DNA from: Promethearchaeia archaeon
GTDB taxonomy: Archaea > Asgardarchaeota > Lokiarchaeia > Sigyniarchaeales > SOKP01
Reading direction: 5' to 3'
NCBI GenBank assembly: GCA_029856125.1
Contig: JAHQWJ010000038.1
Span: 1 to 44,980 of the forward strand
Length of the DNA stretch: 44,980 nt
Each line of letters opens with the position of its first letter. Position 1 is the stretch's first letter. Both the position numbers and the translations under genes were made by a program. A model generated the notes under the pieces. The model ran no database searches. It was not told where the DNA came from and saw only the letters and a list, made by a program, of their open reading frames with translations. Below, piece after piece: positions 20,801-29,920 of this stretch.

Positions 20801-22012
20801 CCATCCTCTTTCCTTTGCTTTATCCCTCACTTCCTCGTAAATCTTTATTACGCGAGGATAAGCACACTCTTCAACTATTCTTCCTTGGTTAATGGCTTTT
20901 TTTAGATTTAGTTCGTATTCTCTCACTAGCTTTTCTGCGTAATCTATCATATCGGTTAGGCTGTTTTGAAAAATTTCCTCTTCCTGTTTTCTCTCAATTT
21001 GTTCTCGTATTTTAGCTGCTTGAGCTTTTTGCTTTAGATTTTCTTCCATGGTTGAGCGTTCAATTAATTGAGCTTTTTGCTTTTTTTTGTCTTCAAGTTC
21101 GTGTTCTTCCCTTGCCCGGATTTGTTGACGTTCCAGCATATATTTTTCTTTATCTCTTTCCACTTGCTCTTTGATATTTTCGATTTTTTTTACTTCATTT
21201 AGCCAATTTATTTCTTTGAATAACGAAATACTTTGTTCAAATAAGCCTAATGCTTCATCAAATTGGCGTATCTTTCTCATTTCTGTAGCTTTTCCAATTA
21301 GTTCATATGCTTGGTTAGACAATTCATTCTCTTTCCTTTTCGCATCCTGATAAGCTTTTATTCTTTTTGCTTTTAACTCTAATTCAGGTGTGGAATTTTC
21401 AGTAGCTTGAATGCCTCCATTATCCTCTTCAATAGGCGAAGCTTTTTGCTTTCTTAAGTAGTCTGCTTTCCTATTGTAGCAATCTTCAATCAATTCATTT
21501 ATTTTTTCTATTTCTAACCTTTTATTTAATTTTTTTAGAATGCCAATGGCATCATCATAAGTATCAAGGGCTTGATCAAAGTTTCTGTTGTTAACAAACT
21601 CTATCGCTTCAACTATAAGAGCATCTGCTTTGTCATACAAATTTTCCTCATCTTGCTCAGATATTATCTCTCCTTGGATGTTTTCAAATACCTCTTCAGT
21701 CTCTAATTCGCGTTTTTTAAAGTTTTCTTCTCTTAATAAATAAATCTCTGAAATTTTCCCATTTAGAGCCTCGACCTCTGAAACTTTATTAATTTGAGTA
21801 TACAAACCAATTGCTTGACGCAAAATTTCGATACTGTCGTCATAGAATTGCGAATCTAATAACGATAACGCATGTTTAACTAGTTCTAACGCCTCAGAAG
21901 CTATTTCATTCTCAATATCCCCCATATCTGAGAAGAATGCTTCTTTTGTCGGATCTGGATCGTTTTCATTAAAATCTAGATTATCATCCCGTTCTCCATC
22001 ACGATTTACCAT
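17900..22012 (-). CDS. Large helical repeat/coiled-coil protein with TPR-like segments and five ~120-130 aa repeats
   Basis: 1370 aa, very E/K-rich. TPR-like FDxAxxxY...W segments at both ends; central repeats A(E/D)KxxR(E/N)YE...Y..I..IY...GW...I..Y. Confidence 0.8.
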   Translation of the reverse strand: MVNRDGERDDNLDFNENDPDPTKEAFFSDMGDIENEIASEALELVKHALSLLDSQFYDDSIEILRQAIGLYTQINKVSEVEALNGKISEIYLLREENFKKRELETEEVFENIQGEIISEQDEENLYDKADALIVEAIEFVNNRNFDQALDTYDDAIGILKKLNKRLEIEKINELIEDCYNRKADYLRKQKASPIEEDNGGIQATENSTPELELKAKRIKAYQDAKRKENELSNQAYELIGKATEMRKIRQFDEALGLFEQSISLFKEINWLNEVKKIENIKEQVERDKEKYMLERQQIRAREEHELEDKKKQKAQLIERSTMEENLKQKAQAAKIREQIERKQEEEIFQNSLTDMIDYAEKLVREYELNLKKAINQGRIVEECAYPRVIKIYEEVRDKAKERGWKDQVSIYTNQIKIYQEKWEKDKKLRQMEAQKVQKQKFFDEGLKTKRGPAVTEIEPEKLKMLKEQKRKEIEIEKIKENLTESVKLADKMAREYEVAFKKAVKMGNLNIVSKYPEILKIYTDTRDKALEKGWKDDAAIYSSQIRKYTELAEREIKIREIEAKKNQDQKIFEDYHKAQSIKEPTVYDEKKLRKIEELAKQKQEEQLFEQEIDEIVNNAEKETREYELAIMNGQFDKKCPYLKIAEIYKNLRKKAYAKGWKDEAEIYSNQITLYHEKNQKDERLRKLEIQKVKKQQKFEESLKAPTEIKQLKLVELEALDSKNRETDEIMTQAMNLIDKAEKAVRNYEVNLKRDILSYQSPYEEVINMYVTARKLLQKIGWSEEAIKLSNTISFYESKKLKDDNLRAFELQKIEESKTTPILVSKDDHLIQEKRIDELKKLKEVKSKESEVIFNRLTHAEKMAKDYEIKKKEGILKAESPYKEIIQIYKTAKLDFEKIGWVEQADQLVNSINYYQKKLDEVKRLRASELERAAKQEEEIKHFEKEVQEAQKVKEELSQLRIKELEEKRKRAAKYESKKERAFNFMDLAKRELKQNNFDKAIKFYKESQQIFDEINWQEGSKMTKESINAINLKKQRLEREEKLLAQKKLEKIRNEAQLEEQITKAKDLHDLQQEQRRRELLAIQEEKEREKEISDKAYLLLEAGTKLKDDKRFEEAYEKYIMGRDLFKKIGWEHEVSRINNDLMITLKKEMKQTEKLKAYQQKKVEEKKELEELLKEAEENQKELDHIRKEEKKKQREKLIQKERDKANQIIKNLKYNEGILALRKVIEKIENTDQDKMIKEMNKQIEVLENASQVPIITKADLDRDENFDKFRLAYQALDKAQISLSNNLFMKAITELNEALFNLTETKIGKRYILEIEDKINIYKRELDIKKTPEPEVKKVSPKLDEEDLRAKIAKRREERRKRINDL

Positions 22013-22159
22013 ATTTCATCAACCTTAAGAAAATCCTTTTTTTTCAAAATTCAAAAAATAAATTTTTTTAAATTAAATAAAACATTTAACGATCAATTTT
22101 AATAACATTTATGAACAAAAACAACTCTCTAAAACCATACTTGGATTGACTAATGCTTT

Positions 22160-22555
22160 TCAAAGTTCAATCTTACCAAGAGTTTTATTTAAATAATCGT
22201 CGCAGACTTTTTCTCCCTCTACTGTTAAAGTCCACCCATTTGAATCCTTTTTAACCAAACGCAGATCTTCTGAACTTCTCAAAATCTCATGAACTTCTTC
22301 TTCAATTTTTTGTATGTTGAAATCAATTCTTAAACTAAAAATAATTTCATCCAAAGGAACTGGACGCCCAAGTTCATCCTCCATCACTCCCAGAGCTGCA
22401 ATTATTTGTTGTTGTTCTCCTATCGCACCCTCCATTTTCATCGATTGCTCGTCAAGTAACCAAGGAAACTTGTCTAACATCTTCTTAATTCCCTTTTCAT
22501 TACCACTTGCGAACATTTCGTTAAATTCTTCACGTATTTTTTTCTTGTTAACCAT
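22160..22555 (-). CDS. Small winged-helix protein
   Basis: C-terminal wing pattern LVKKDSNGWTLTVEGEK after a helical bundle. Confidence 0.65.
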   Translation of the reverse strand: MVNKKKIREEFNEMFASGNEKGIKKMLDKFPWLLDEQSMKMEGAIGEQQQIIAALGVMEDELGRPVPLDEIIFSLRIDFNIQKIEEEVHEILRSSEDLRLVKKDSNGWTLTVEGEKVCDDYLNKTLGKIEL

Positions 22556-22689
22556 GAAAGCACCTTTATTTCTAAAAAGAAAATCCTTTATATAAGTGAT
22601 TATCTTTTATATTAAAGCATTATATAATCTAAAAAAAAATTTATCTTTTTAATCTTAAGTATAAAAAAGCAAACTGATGATTTTAGTAT

Positions 22690-25600
22690 ATGGCAAAAAA
22701 ATCTTGTGATAAACATAAAAAATTTAACTATTATTGTGAAGATTGTCAAGCAATAAATCAATTTACTGAGAAACGATTCAAATACAGCCGTTTTAAAGGT
22801 AAAGTGAGTCACCGAAAATTAATTCTCATTATAATTGTAATTGTTGCTATTGTTATTGCGTTAGTAGTGTTCTGGTTGTGGCCTGCATGGTTTGCGGATA
22901 TACGCCTTAATGCACAATTATATAACAATAAAGCAGGTGGATTAGATTACTTTAATTTCTTTTTCCTAAACTTTTGGTCAACGAATTTCTTATTTAACAA
23001 AACTGCCTTAATCGGAGCTTTTCTAGGAAGCGCAATAATGAGTCTACCTCCTGAGAGAAACCTACTAACACTAATAGGGACAAAATTACGATTTGGAAAA
23101 CCAACTAGATGGAAATCTTTACTATTCTGGTGGACAATCGGATTTGTAATGTTCTATTTTTTGGGTTTACTCCTAAACCTTAATAGTGGAGGTTTTTCCT
23201 GGACAATTTATTTAATTGAAAATGGAGAAATAGTTTTATCGCCCACTCTAATCTTTGATGCATTCAACATAATCTTCAACCAAAACAGCATAGATTTTGT
23301 AACGATTTACATCTACTCTAACTTACTTGTGCCAATAATAACCTTTACAATGGGCGTTATCATATTACGATTAATTCTTAATATTGTAAAGTACGTATAT
23401 CTAAGAAGAAACGATTATTTAGTAATGGGAAATGTTCTAGTTATTATCGGCTTAGTATGTGGATTAGTGTTCGTATATCTTCCTACGCTTTCTTTGGATG
23501 GTGTAAATGTGATTCAAATCCTTTCGCTCATTTTCGGATTTTTCTCGGTTACCGCTTTAGGTGTCATTATTTTTGCATATGGAAAAATGCAATATAAAAA
23601 AGATTCTAAGAACTACAGATTTGTGCCGTATTCTCAAAAAAAGCTGATCCTTGTTATGGCAATTGTAGTCGTCTTTACAATCTCACCATTGATATTCAGT
23701 ATTGGACCGTTGTTAAACTTAAATAACACAGCTGTGTGGACAGAACAACAATGGACAAAAAAATATAAAAGAGAAGTTGAATGGACGAGACTTGCTGCGG
23801 GATTAGATATGTTCGAGGAACGACCAATTGTAAACTTTACGGAGTCATCCACAACTTCAGATGCTTTAATGGTCTCTCAGGTTAGACAATTTGATCAAAA
23901 TTTCGCTGTCCAATACCTTGCAGCTTCGATAGGTTCCACTTTTGAAGGGCTCGCTGATTCTGACATCATTTATATTAATAATAAAGAATACTGGGTTGCA
24001 CCAAAAACGGTTAGATTTTCTGAAATTGCTGGTGACGCTGTCCAGACTAATACAGAATTGTACGATCATGTGGAAGGATTTCTAGCTATGGATACTTTCA
24101 CTGGTGATTTAGTGAATGTAACACTAACATTCAATATTTCTGAGAATTACCCAATATTTTTTGGGGAAAGTGAAAGTGAAAGGTATCTTGAACAGACATT
24201 AGGATTCTTCGAAGAAGGATCACTGGGAGCGTACGATTCTGACATATTACTTAATACAGAATGGTCAAACCAAATTCCTAATAACGAATTTCAATATGAA
24301 GGCGCTCCGGATGGGACCTTAACTGGCATAGAAGGCTTTTGGAAAACATTAAATATCGGATTGTTCGCATACGCATTTGAGACTGAACATCAATACCTAA
24401 TTAATAGAAATGTGAGATCTAGAGTAAGCAATATCCTTCTTCCTCAATTAAGAATTGATAACGATCCATATCTAGTTTTTGATTTTGATCAGGGCAAAAT
24501 GTATTACGCTGTTTCGATATATACTTACATAACTGTTGGTTCCTATGCTCAATCTCCAATATTAAGGTTCTTAGGAATCAGCTTGGTTGATGTGTTAAGC
24601 GGAGAAATGTCTTTCTATGAAAATCCAACTTTAGACACTTCAAATGATCCAACATATCCTCTCTGGAAGATATATATCGATCAATATAATTGGCAAGCTA
24701 CTCCCTCTTGGCTAGAAGAACAATTACGATATCCTGAAGACTTGTTTGAATTACAACTCGAAGCAAATTATATTTATCATGTGCAAAATTCAGTATCTTG
24801 GAGAAGAGCAGACGATTTCCACGAAAGACCTGAGGACGGTGATTTATTCTACATCGAATCTGATTTAGGAGATGGAATTGAATACGTTGGTTTAGATTTA
24901 GTTGAATACAAAGGTCTAACAGCCACTCTTTTAGCTGGAATGTACGTGATAAGGCATGGCACTCATTTTGGTGAAGCTATTTTTTACTATACCAGGGATT
25001 CTGGGGAAAGTCTTATTGGCCCAACAACTGCCAGAGAAACATACAGTTCTGAGGCAACTCAAGAAATTTCCTTGATTTCTGGAGCTCGTAATGGAAATAC
25101 ATTGCTCTATCCAATTGGTGGTTCTATTTATTATTATATCCCTACATATAGCACCGCAGGTAGTCTACAACAATTAAAACTCGCTGGATTCGTTGAGGCT
25201 TTTAGTCGCGAGGTTGGATATGGAGATAACGCTCAAGAGGCTTATGTTAACTTAAACCTGACAGGAATTGAAACGCCGTCTAATCTATCTCTATCCTATA
25301 ATTTTGAGATGGATTCTTCGATGAATCATCCCGAAGACCCGGCTAATTTTGTAATAAATATACAGAATTTAGATACGAATTTTTCTGCTCCGGGTTTGAA
25401 TGTATCAGTAGACCTTTCTATCTATACATCTACAGATTTAAATGTTAGTTACAGTCTAATTTTACCACCGCCATATCTCTTAACGCTCCAAAATACAACT
25501 TATATAGACGGAACTAATACGAGAACTAATTTCACAATCATCGACACAACTTTCTATTTTGGAGAAGGATTGGTTCTGAATGGATTTCTGAATACTACAA

Positions 25601-25692
25601 AGGGAAATGTGATAATTTTCTATAGATGGAATTTAATTGTAAACGGTGTAATGATCTACGAATCTCCGGAAAATCTAATACTAGTATTTTAA
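22690..25692 (+). CDS. UPF0182-family membrane protein with N-terminal Cys/His motif and sequon-rich C-terminal domain
   Basis: About 8 N-terminal TM helices, EVEWTRLAAGL, IFFGE, RNVRSRV...IDNDPYLV, QLRYPEDLF, NGNTLLYP..YYIPTY match my recollection of UPF0182. Confidence 0.82.
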   Translation: MAKKSCDKHKKFNYYCEDCQAINQFTEKRFKYSRFKGKVSHRKLILIIIVIVAIVIALVVFWLWPAWFADIRLNAQLYNNKAGGLDYFNFFFLNFWSTNFLFNKTALIGAFLGSAIMSLPPERNLLTLIGTKLRFGKPTRWKSLLFWWTIGFVMFYFLGLLLNLNSGGFSWTIYLIENGEIVLSPTLIFDAFNIIFNQNSIDFVTIYIYSNLLVPIITFTMGVIILRLILNIVKYVYLRRNDYLVMGNVLVIIGLVCGLVFVYLPTLSLDGVNVIQILSLIFGFFSVTALGVIIFAYGKMQYKKDSKNYRFVPYSQKKLILVMAIVVVFTISPLIFSIGPLLNLNNTAVWTEQQWTKKYKREVEWTRLAAGLDMFEERPIVNFTESSTTSDALMVSQVRQFDQNFAVQYLAASIGSTFEGLADSDIIYINNKEYWVAPKTVRFSEIAGDAVQTNTELYDHVEGFLAMDTFTGDLVNVTLTFNISENYPIFFGESESERYLEQTLGFFEEGSLGAYDSDILLNTEWSNQIPNNEFQYEGAPDGTLTGIEGFWKTLNIGLFAYAFETEHQYLINRNVRSRVSNILLPQLRIDNDPYLVFDFDQGKMYYAVSIYTYITVGSYAQSPILRFLGISLVDVLSGEMSFYENPTLDTSNDPTYPLWKIYIDQYNWQATPSWLEEQLRYPEDLFELQLEANYIYHVQNSVSWRRADDFHERPEDGDLFYIESDLGDGIEYVGLDLVEYKGLTATLLAGMYVIRHGTHFGEAIFYYTRDSGESLIGPTTARETYSSEATQEISLISGARNGNTLLYPIGGSIYYYIPTYSTAGSLQQLKLAGFVEAFSREVGYGDNAQEAYVNLNLTGIETPSNLSLSYNFEMDSSMNHPEDPANFVINIQNLDTNFSAPGLNVSVDLSIYTSTDLNVSYSLILPPPYLLTLQNTTYIDGTNTRTNFTIIDTTFYFGEGLVLNGFLNTTKGNVIIFYRWNLIVNGVMIYESPENLILVF

Positions 25693-25978
25693 TACCTTTT
25701 TTTTTTATCTTTTTTTATGATTTGAAATCGAGTTTTATATTAAAAATTTGTTTTTCCTTATTTCAATCTTGAAGTTAATTGACTATTAATCCAATCTTTT
25801 AAAATCCTTAAATTAAAGAATAACAATATAAAAATATTAAATTTAACATCGACCTAAAATTTCTTTTATAGGAAATAATAAATAGCTTTTTCAAGTTGAA
25901 AATGATAATTTCATAATTTAACCCAATCGATGTTGAATATTATAGTAAAAAAAGGATTAAAGAAGATAAACCAAAAAA

Positions 25979-27144
25979 CTATTTTTTGTGATTCAAAATA
26001 ATTATGATTTGATTAATATCTTTAACTTGTTGCCCATCAGAATTATCAGAAGCATTTTTTAATAGCCAAATGAAATCTTCTTTATTTTGAGCATAAAGTT
26101 CATCTCTTTCAAAAATTTTTTTAAGAAAATTCTCATCAATAAATTTAATTACATTAAGGAGTATTCTTGGAAGATATTTGAAGATCATTCCTCTATAGTA
26201 GTTATGCTCATCAAGAATTTCCCCGAATATTATCTTTCCAAAATTTTCTAGAAAGTTAATTTTAGAATTCTTAGTAAGCTCAATTAAGTCCTTTTGATTA
26301 AAGTATTCAAGCCATCGAAATTTAAATATCATATTTAGACTATCAATTGTTCCATCTTCCAAGATGTGAATTACTTTATCTTTCAAGTTTTTCGTTATGT
26401 AATCTCCTAACTGATAAATGTATTCTTCACATAATTCAAAATTTTCATAAATGCCTTCTTTTTCATGAATAATATAGATTTTTATAAGAGTTTCAAATAG
26501 ATTCGATTTTGGAGAATTTAACAAATCCCTTAAAAATTTGATACAATAAATTTTAATAAATTCAATGAAACGATATAACTTATTTCAGATTCATCGTTTT
26601 TTTCTAATTCATTTAAGATTTTCATTATTAAATCTTGATATTTAAAAAAACGGCCACTTTTAAAAAAAATGTCAGATGAGAATCTATAATTATACCATTC
26701 GTAGAAATGAATTAATGCTCCCAAACTATCATAGTAGATATACATGGTATTTAATAAATCTTCAATAAAGTTTAATTTGGGATTGTCCAATAAAAATATC
26801 GATTCTTTTTCCCATAAATTGCTCCACAAAATTGATTCAAAACAGTCGTAAGTTTAATTGTCAATAAAATATTCTTCAAGAGCAGATTCTATGGAGTTGG
26901 GTTGGTATATCTTAATTAAATTAAATACATTTTGATATTGAGTAGTTTTAATCGAACCTCCAGAAGTATATGGACAATCACATAATTCTTCTAGTGCTAA
27001 TAAACTAATGTCAAAATTTGGATTACTTAATAGCGATTTTAATTGCTCTTCATTAATATTTTTTAAAAAACCCCTATCTATCATATCTTCCAGGTCATTT
27101 TCACTACAATTCATCAAAACATTTAATAAATCCTCATCGGTCAT
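25979..27144 (-). pseudogene. Disrupted helical-repeat protein gene (three fragments; one in-frame stop, one frameshift)
   Basis: 27144-26854 and 26829-26530 are in the same frame, split only by TAA (…IDN*TYDCFESILWSN…). 26524-25979 continues in another frame (KFLRDLLNSPKSN…). All fragments carry an LL-x-N/S-P/S-x-x-N/D motif. Confidence 0.6.
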
Positions 27145-27377
27145 TATGGTCTGCAGGTGGGCAAATGTCTAATTTAATTGTTTTTATTATTAGGTACCTA
27201 AAGAACAACTAATTTAAAATTAATGTAAAAAAGAGAAACAGATTTTTTAGAGATCATCTTTATTGTTGAAGATTATAATGTTAATAATAAATAAATCCTA
27301 AATACTTTAAGTGTATAGTCCTATTTTTTTTTATTTAGTTCCAAAAAAAGAAGTTCAATCCTTTCAATTTTATTTTT

Positions 27378-28112
27378 TTAAGCTTTTGGTTCTTCCTTTA
27401 TGACGGTCAAGAATTTCTCTACTTCGTCTTTTGAGCACATGTGGAATTTCTTATCTTCGGACTTTATATAAGCAAACCTTATGTTTTCTTTGGTTGGCGT
27501 CTCATTAATAGATTCTTTAAGCGCATTCAAAGTAAATTTTACTGTCTCGTCAAACATCATGTTTTCGTTGTAATTTTCTTTCAAGTAGTCTCTCGCTGTA
27601 GCTTCTCCACTACCTAAAGCGTAAGCTTTAAACGATCGATAAATTCCACTTGGAGATGTCGTGTAAATCTGAGGTCCTGCGGGATCAATCGCGATAAAGA
27701 ATAGAGCACATCCGAAAGGTCTTATACCTCCAAACTGTGTGTACTGCTGTTTAATATCAGCCAAAGTTTTAACCAACATGTTTAATCTGACAGGTTCATC
27801 GTAAGTTAAACGAAAAGATTGAGCTTGAACTCGCGCTAAATTAATTAAAGTTCTTGAATCTGCGTGCAATCCAGAAATAGCTACACCAATATGCTCATCC
27901 ACTTGAAACAATTTGTCAATTGAGTCTGCATCAATTAACTTCGAAGGGATTTTAATTTGAGCTGCTAAGCAAACGCAATCTTTTGATTTTACCGCTACTG
28001 CTAAAGTACCTCGTCTTACAGCTTCTAAGGCATACTCTACTTGAAATAAACGCCCTTCTGGGCTGAAAACCGTTAATGCACGATCGTAAGTGCGACCTCC
28101 TCCACCAAACAT
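27378..28112 (-). CDS. psmA: Proteasome alpha subunit
   Basis: YDRALTVFSPEGRLFQVEYALEAV signature, SGLHADSR, YTQFGGIRPFG, ALGSG. Confidence 0.97.
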   Translation of the reverse strand: MFGGGGRTYDRALTVFSPEGRLFQVEYALEAVRRGTLAVAVKSKDCVCLAAQIKIPSKLIDADSIDKLFQVDEHIGVAISGLHADSRTLINLARVQAQSFRLTYDEPVRLNMLVKTLADIKQQYTQFGGIRPFGCALFFIAIDPAGPQIYTTSPSGIYRSFKAYALGSGEATARDYLKENYNENMMFDETVKFTLNALKESINETPTKENIRFAYIKSEDKKFHMCSKDEVEKFLTVIKEEPKA

Positions 28113-28192
28113 AATTTTAACCAGATTTTATTTGATATTTGTACTTAAAAAATTAAATAAGCAATTTTAATTTATTGTTTATACCTTAAAAA

Positions 28193-28834
28193 TTAAATTT
28201 TTCCAGAAGTTTTAAGGATTTCGAGCGTCAGCATCTCAAAAATATCACCTACAGAATCGCTCTCTTTAGCACTTGTTTCAAAATATTTCATAGCATGCAT
28301 TTCATATTTTACAGCTTCTCCATCCTGTTCGGCTACTTCTCTTTGACCTTGTCTTGCCAAATCGAGTTTATTACCAACAACTAAACACGGTTTCTGTCCA
28401 ATAACTTTTTCAACTTCTTCTCGCCATTCTATTAAATCAGCGAAAGACGAACGTCTCGTAAGATCAAACACATAAATTATACCAGTAGCTCCACGATAGA
28501 ATGGAGGTCTCACAAATGAAAAATGCTTTTGGCCAGCGAGGTCCCAAAGCTGAAGTTTAACTTGTAGTTGCGGGTAATTTGCCAATTCTACGGTTTTTGT
28601 GCTGAAATTTGACCCAATTGTCATCATATAACTTTCTTTAAAAGAATTTTCGCAATATCTTAAAACCATGGAAGTCTTTCCGACACCACCATTTCCTACA
28701 ACGCAGATTTTATATATGAACGATTTCGCGTAAATTTGCCTCTGGCTATTTGGATTCGGGCGATCTATTTTCTGATAATTTGGACTCGGGCGGTCTGATT
28801 TCTGATAATATGGATTCGGGTAATCTGACGACAT
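28193..28834 (-). CDS. Rab-like small GTPase (Ras superfamily)
   Basis: G1 GNGGVGKT, switch I YMMTIG, G3 WDLAGQ, FYRGA, G4 NKLD, G5 ETSAK. No C-terminal Cys. Confidence 0.93.
   Translation of the reverse strand: MSSDYPNPYYQKSDRPSPNYQKIDRPNPNSQRQIYAKSFIYKICVVGNGGVGKTSMVLRYCENSFKESYMMTIGSNFSTKTVELANYPQLQVKLQLWDLAGQKHFSFVRPPFYRGATGIIYVFDLTRRSSFADLIEWREEVEKVIGQKPCLVVGNKLDLARQGQREVAEQDGEAVKYEMHAMKYFETSAKESDSVGDIFEMLTLEILKTSGKI
28739..28828 (-). repeat. 3 x 30-nt coding tandem repeat at the GTPase N-terminus
   Basis: Encodes SDYPNPYYQK / SDRPSPNYQK / IDRPNPNSQR. DNA units share tgga(t/c)tcggg and ttctgataat. Confidence 0.85.
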
Positions 28835-29041
28835 AATGCTTCAATTATTTAATTTACAAATCAAACTAAAATATAATTATACAATTACAACTAACTGAAT
28901 TATAAAATTATTCATATTAAATATTATTCCTTTTACAATTAGTTATAATATTATATTATATTCAAATAATAAAAATAATCATATTAAATATTTTTTCTAT
29001 TTTCATCGGAAATTTAAAATAAATTAGGAGAATTTACCACG

Positions 29042-29821
29042 ATGAACGAGTTAAATTCGAAAATTAAAAATTTCGCTCGATTAATCTTAGATGCTAAAAA
29101 CATTGTAGCCTTAACTGGGGCTGGTATGGGGACTGAGAGCGGAATTGCTGATTTTAGAAGTCCGGGCACGGGTTTATGGGAAAAGGTTAATCCCGACGAA
29201 TTTGCTAGTATTCATTCTTACGTATCAGACCCAAAGAAAAACTTGGACTTTATGCTTGAATTAGGTATGGCTATATTTAAAGCTAAACCTAATAAGGGTC
29301 ATAAAGCATTGACTAAATTGCAAAGACTTAATAAGTTAAATGGAATTCTCACTCAAAATATTGATGGATTACATCAAAAAGCACGTAGCAAGAATGTAGT
29401 AGAGTTACACGGAACTGCATATGAAGCGATATGTATGGGATGTGGTAACATCTACCCAATTACACTTATGATTGATCAGGTTAGAAACGGAAGATATGGT
29501 CCATTATGTGAAGCTTGTAATGGTTTATTGAAACCAAACGCAATTTTCTTTGGAGAACCTTTACGTTCGGAAACATTACGTCAGGCAGACAGGTTAATAG
29601 AGGGATGCGATTTACTGATTGTATTGGGTAGTTCATTATTAATATATCCCGTCGCCTTTTATCCAAGAAAAGCACTTTCTTTAGGTGCGAAATTAGCTAT
29701 TATTAACATTCAAGAAACTGATATAGACACTTCAACGGATGTGGTTATTCACGATAAGATTGGAGATGTCTTCCCTCTTATCGTTGACATTGTAAAAAAA
29801 GAAATTGAAGAAGGACATTAA
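29042..29821 (+). CDS. cobB: NAD-dependent protein deacylase (Sir2/CobB family)
   Basis: LTGAGMGTESGIADFRSP, TQNIDGLH, ELHG, CxxC...CxxC, FFGE, GSSL. Confidence 0.93.
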   Translation: MNELNSKIKNFARLILDAKNIVALTGAGMGTESGIADFRSPGTGLWEKVNPDEFASIHSYVSDPKKNLDFMLELGMAIFKAKPNKGHKALTKLQRLNKLNGILTQNIDGLHQKARSKNVVELHGTAYEAICMGCGNIYPITLMIDQVRNGRYGPLCEACNGLLKPNAIFFGEPLRSETLRQADRLIEGCDLLIVLGSSLLIYPVAFYPRKALSLGAKLAIINIQETDIDTSTDVVIHDKIGDVFPLIVDIVKKEIEEGH

Positions 29822-29920
29822 TTACTTATAGCTGTAAATATATCTCCTCACGAATAACATAAATAAAGAGTAATAAATAAAAAAAATTTGGTATTTAAGC
29901 TCTGGAAGTCATCCAGAAAT

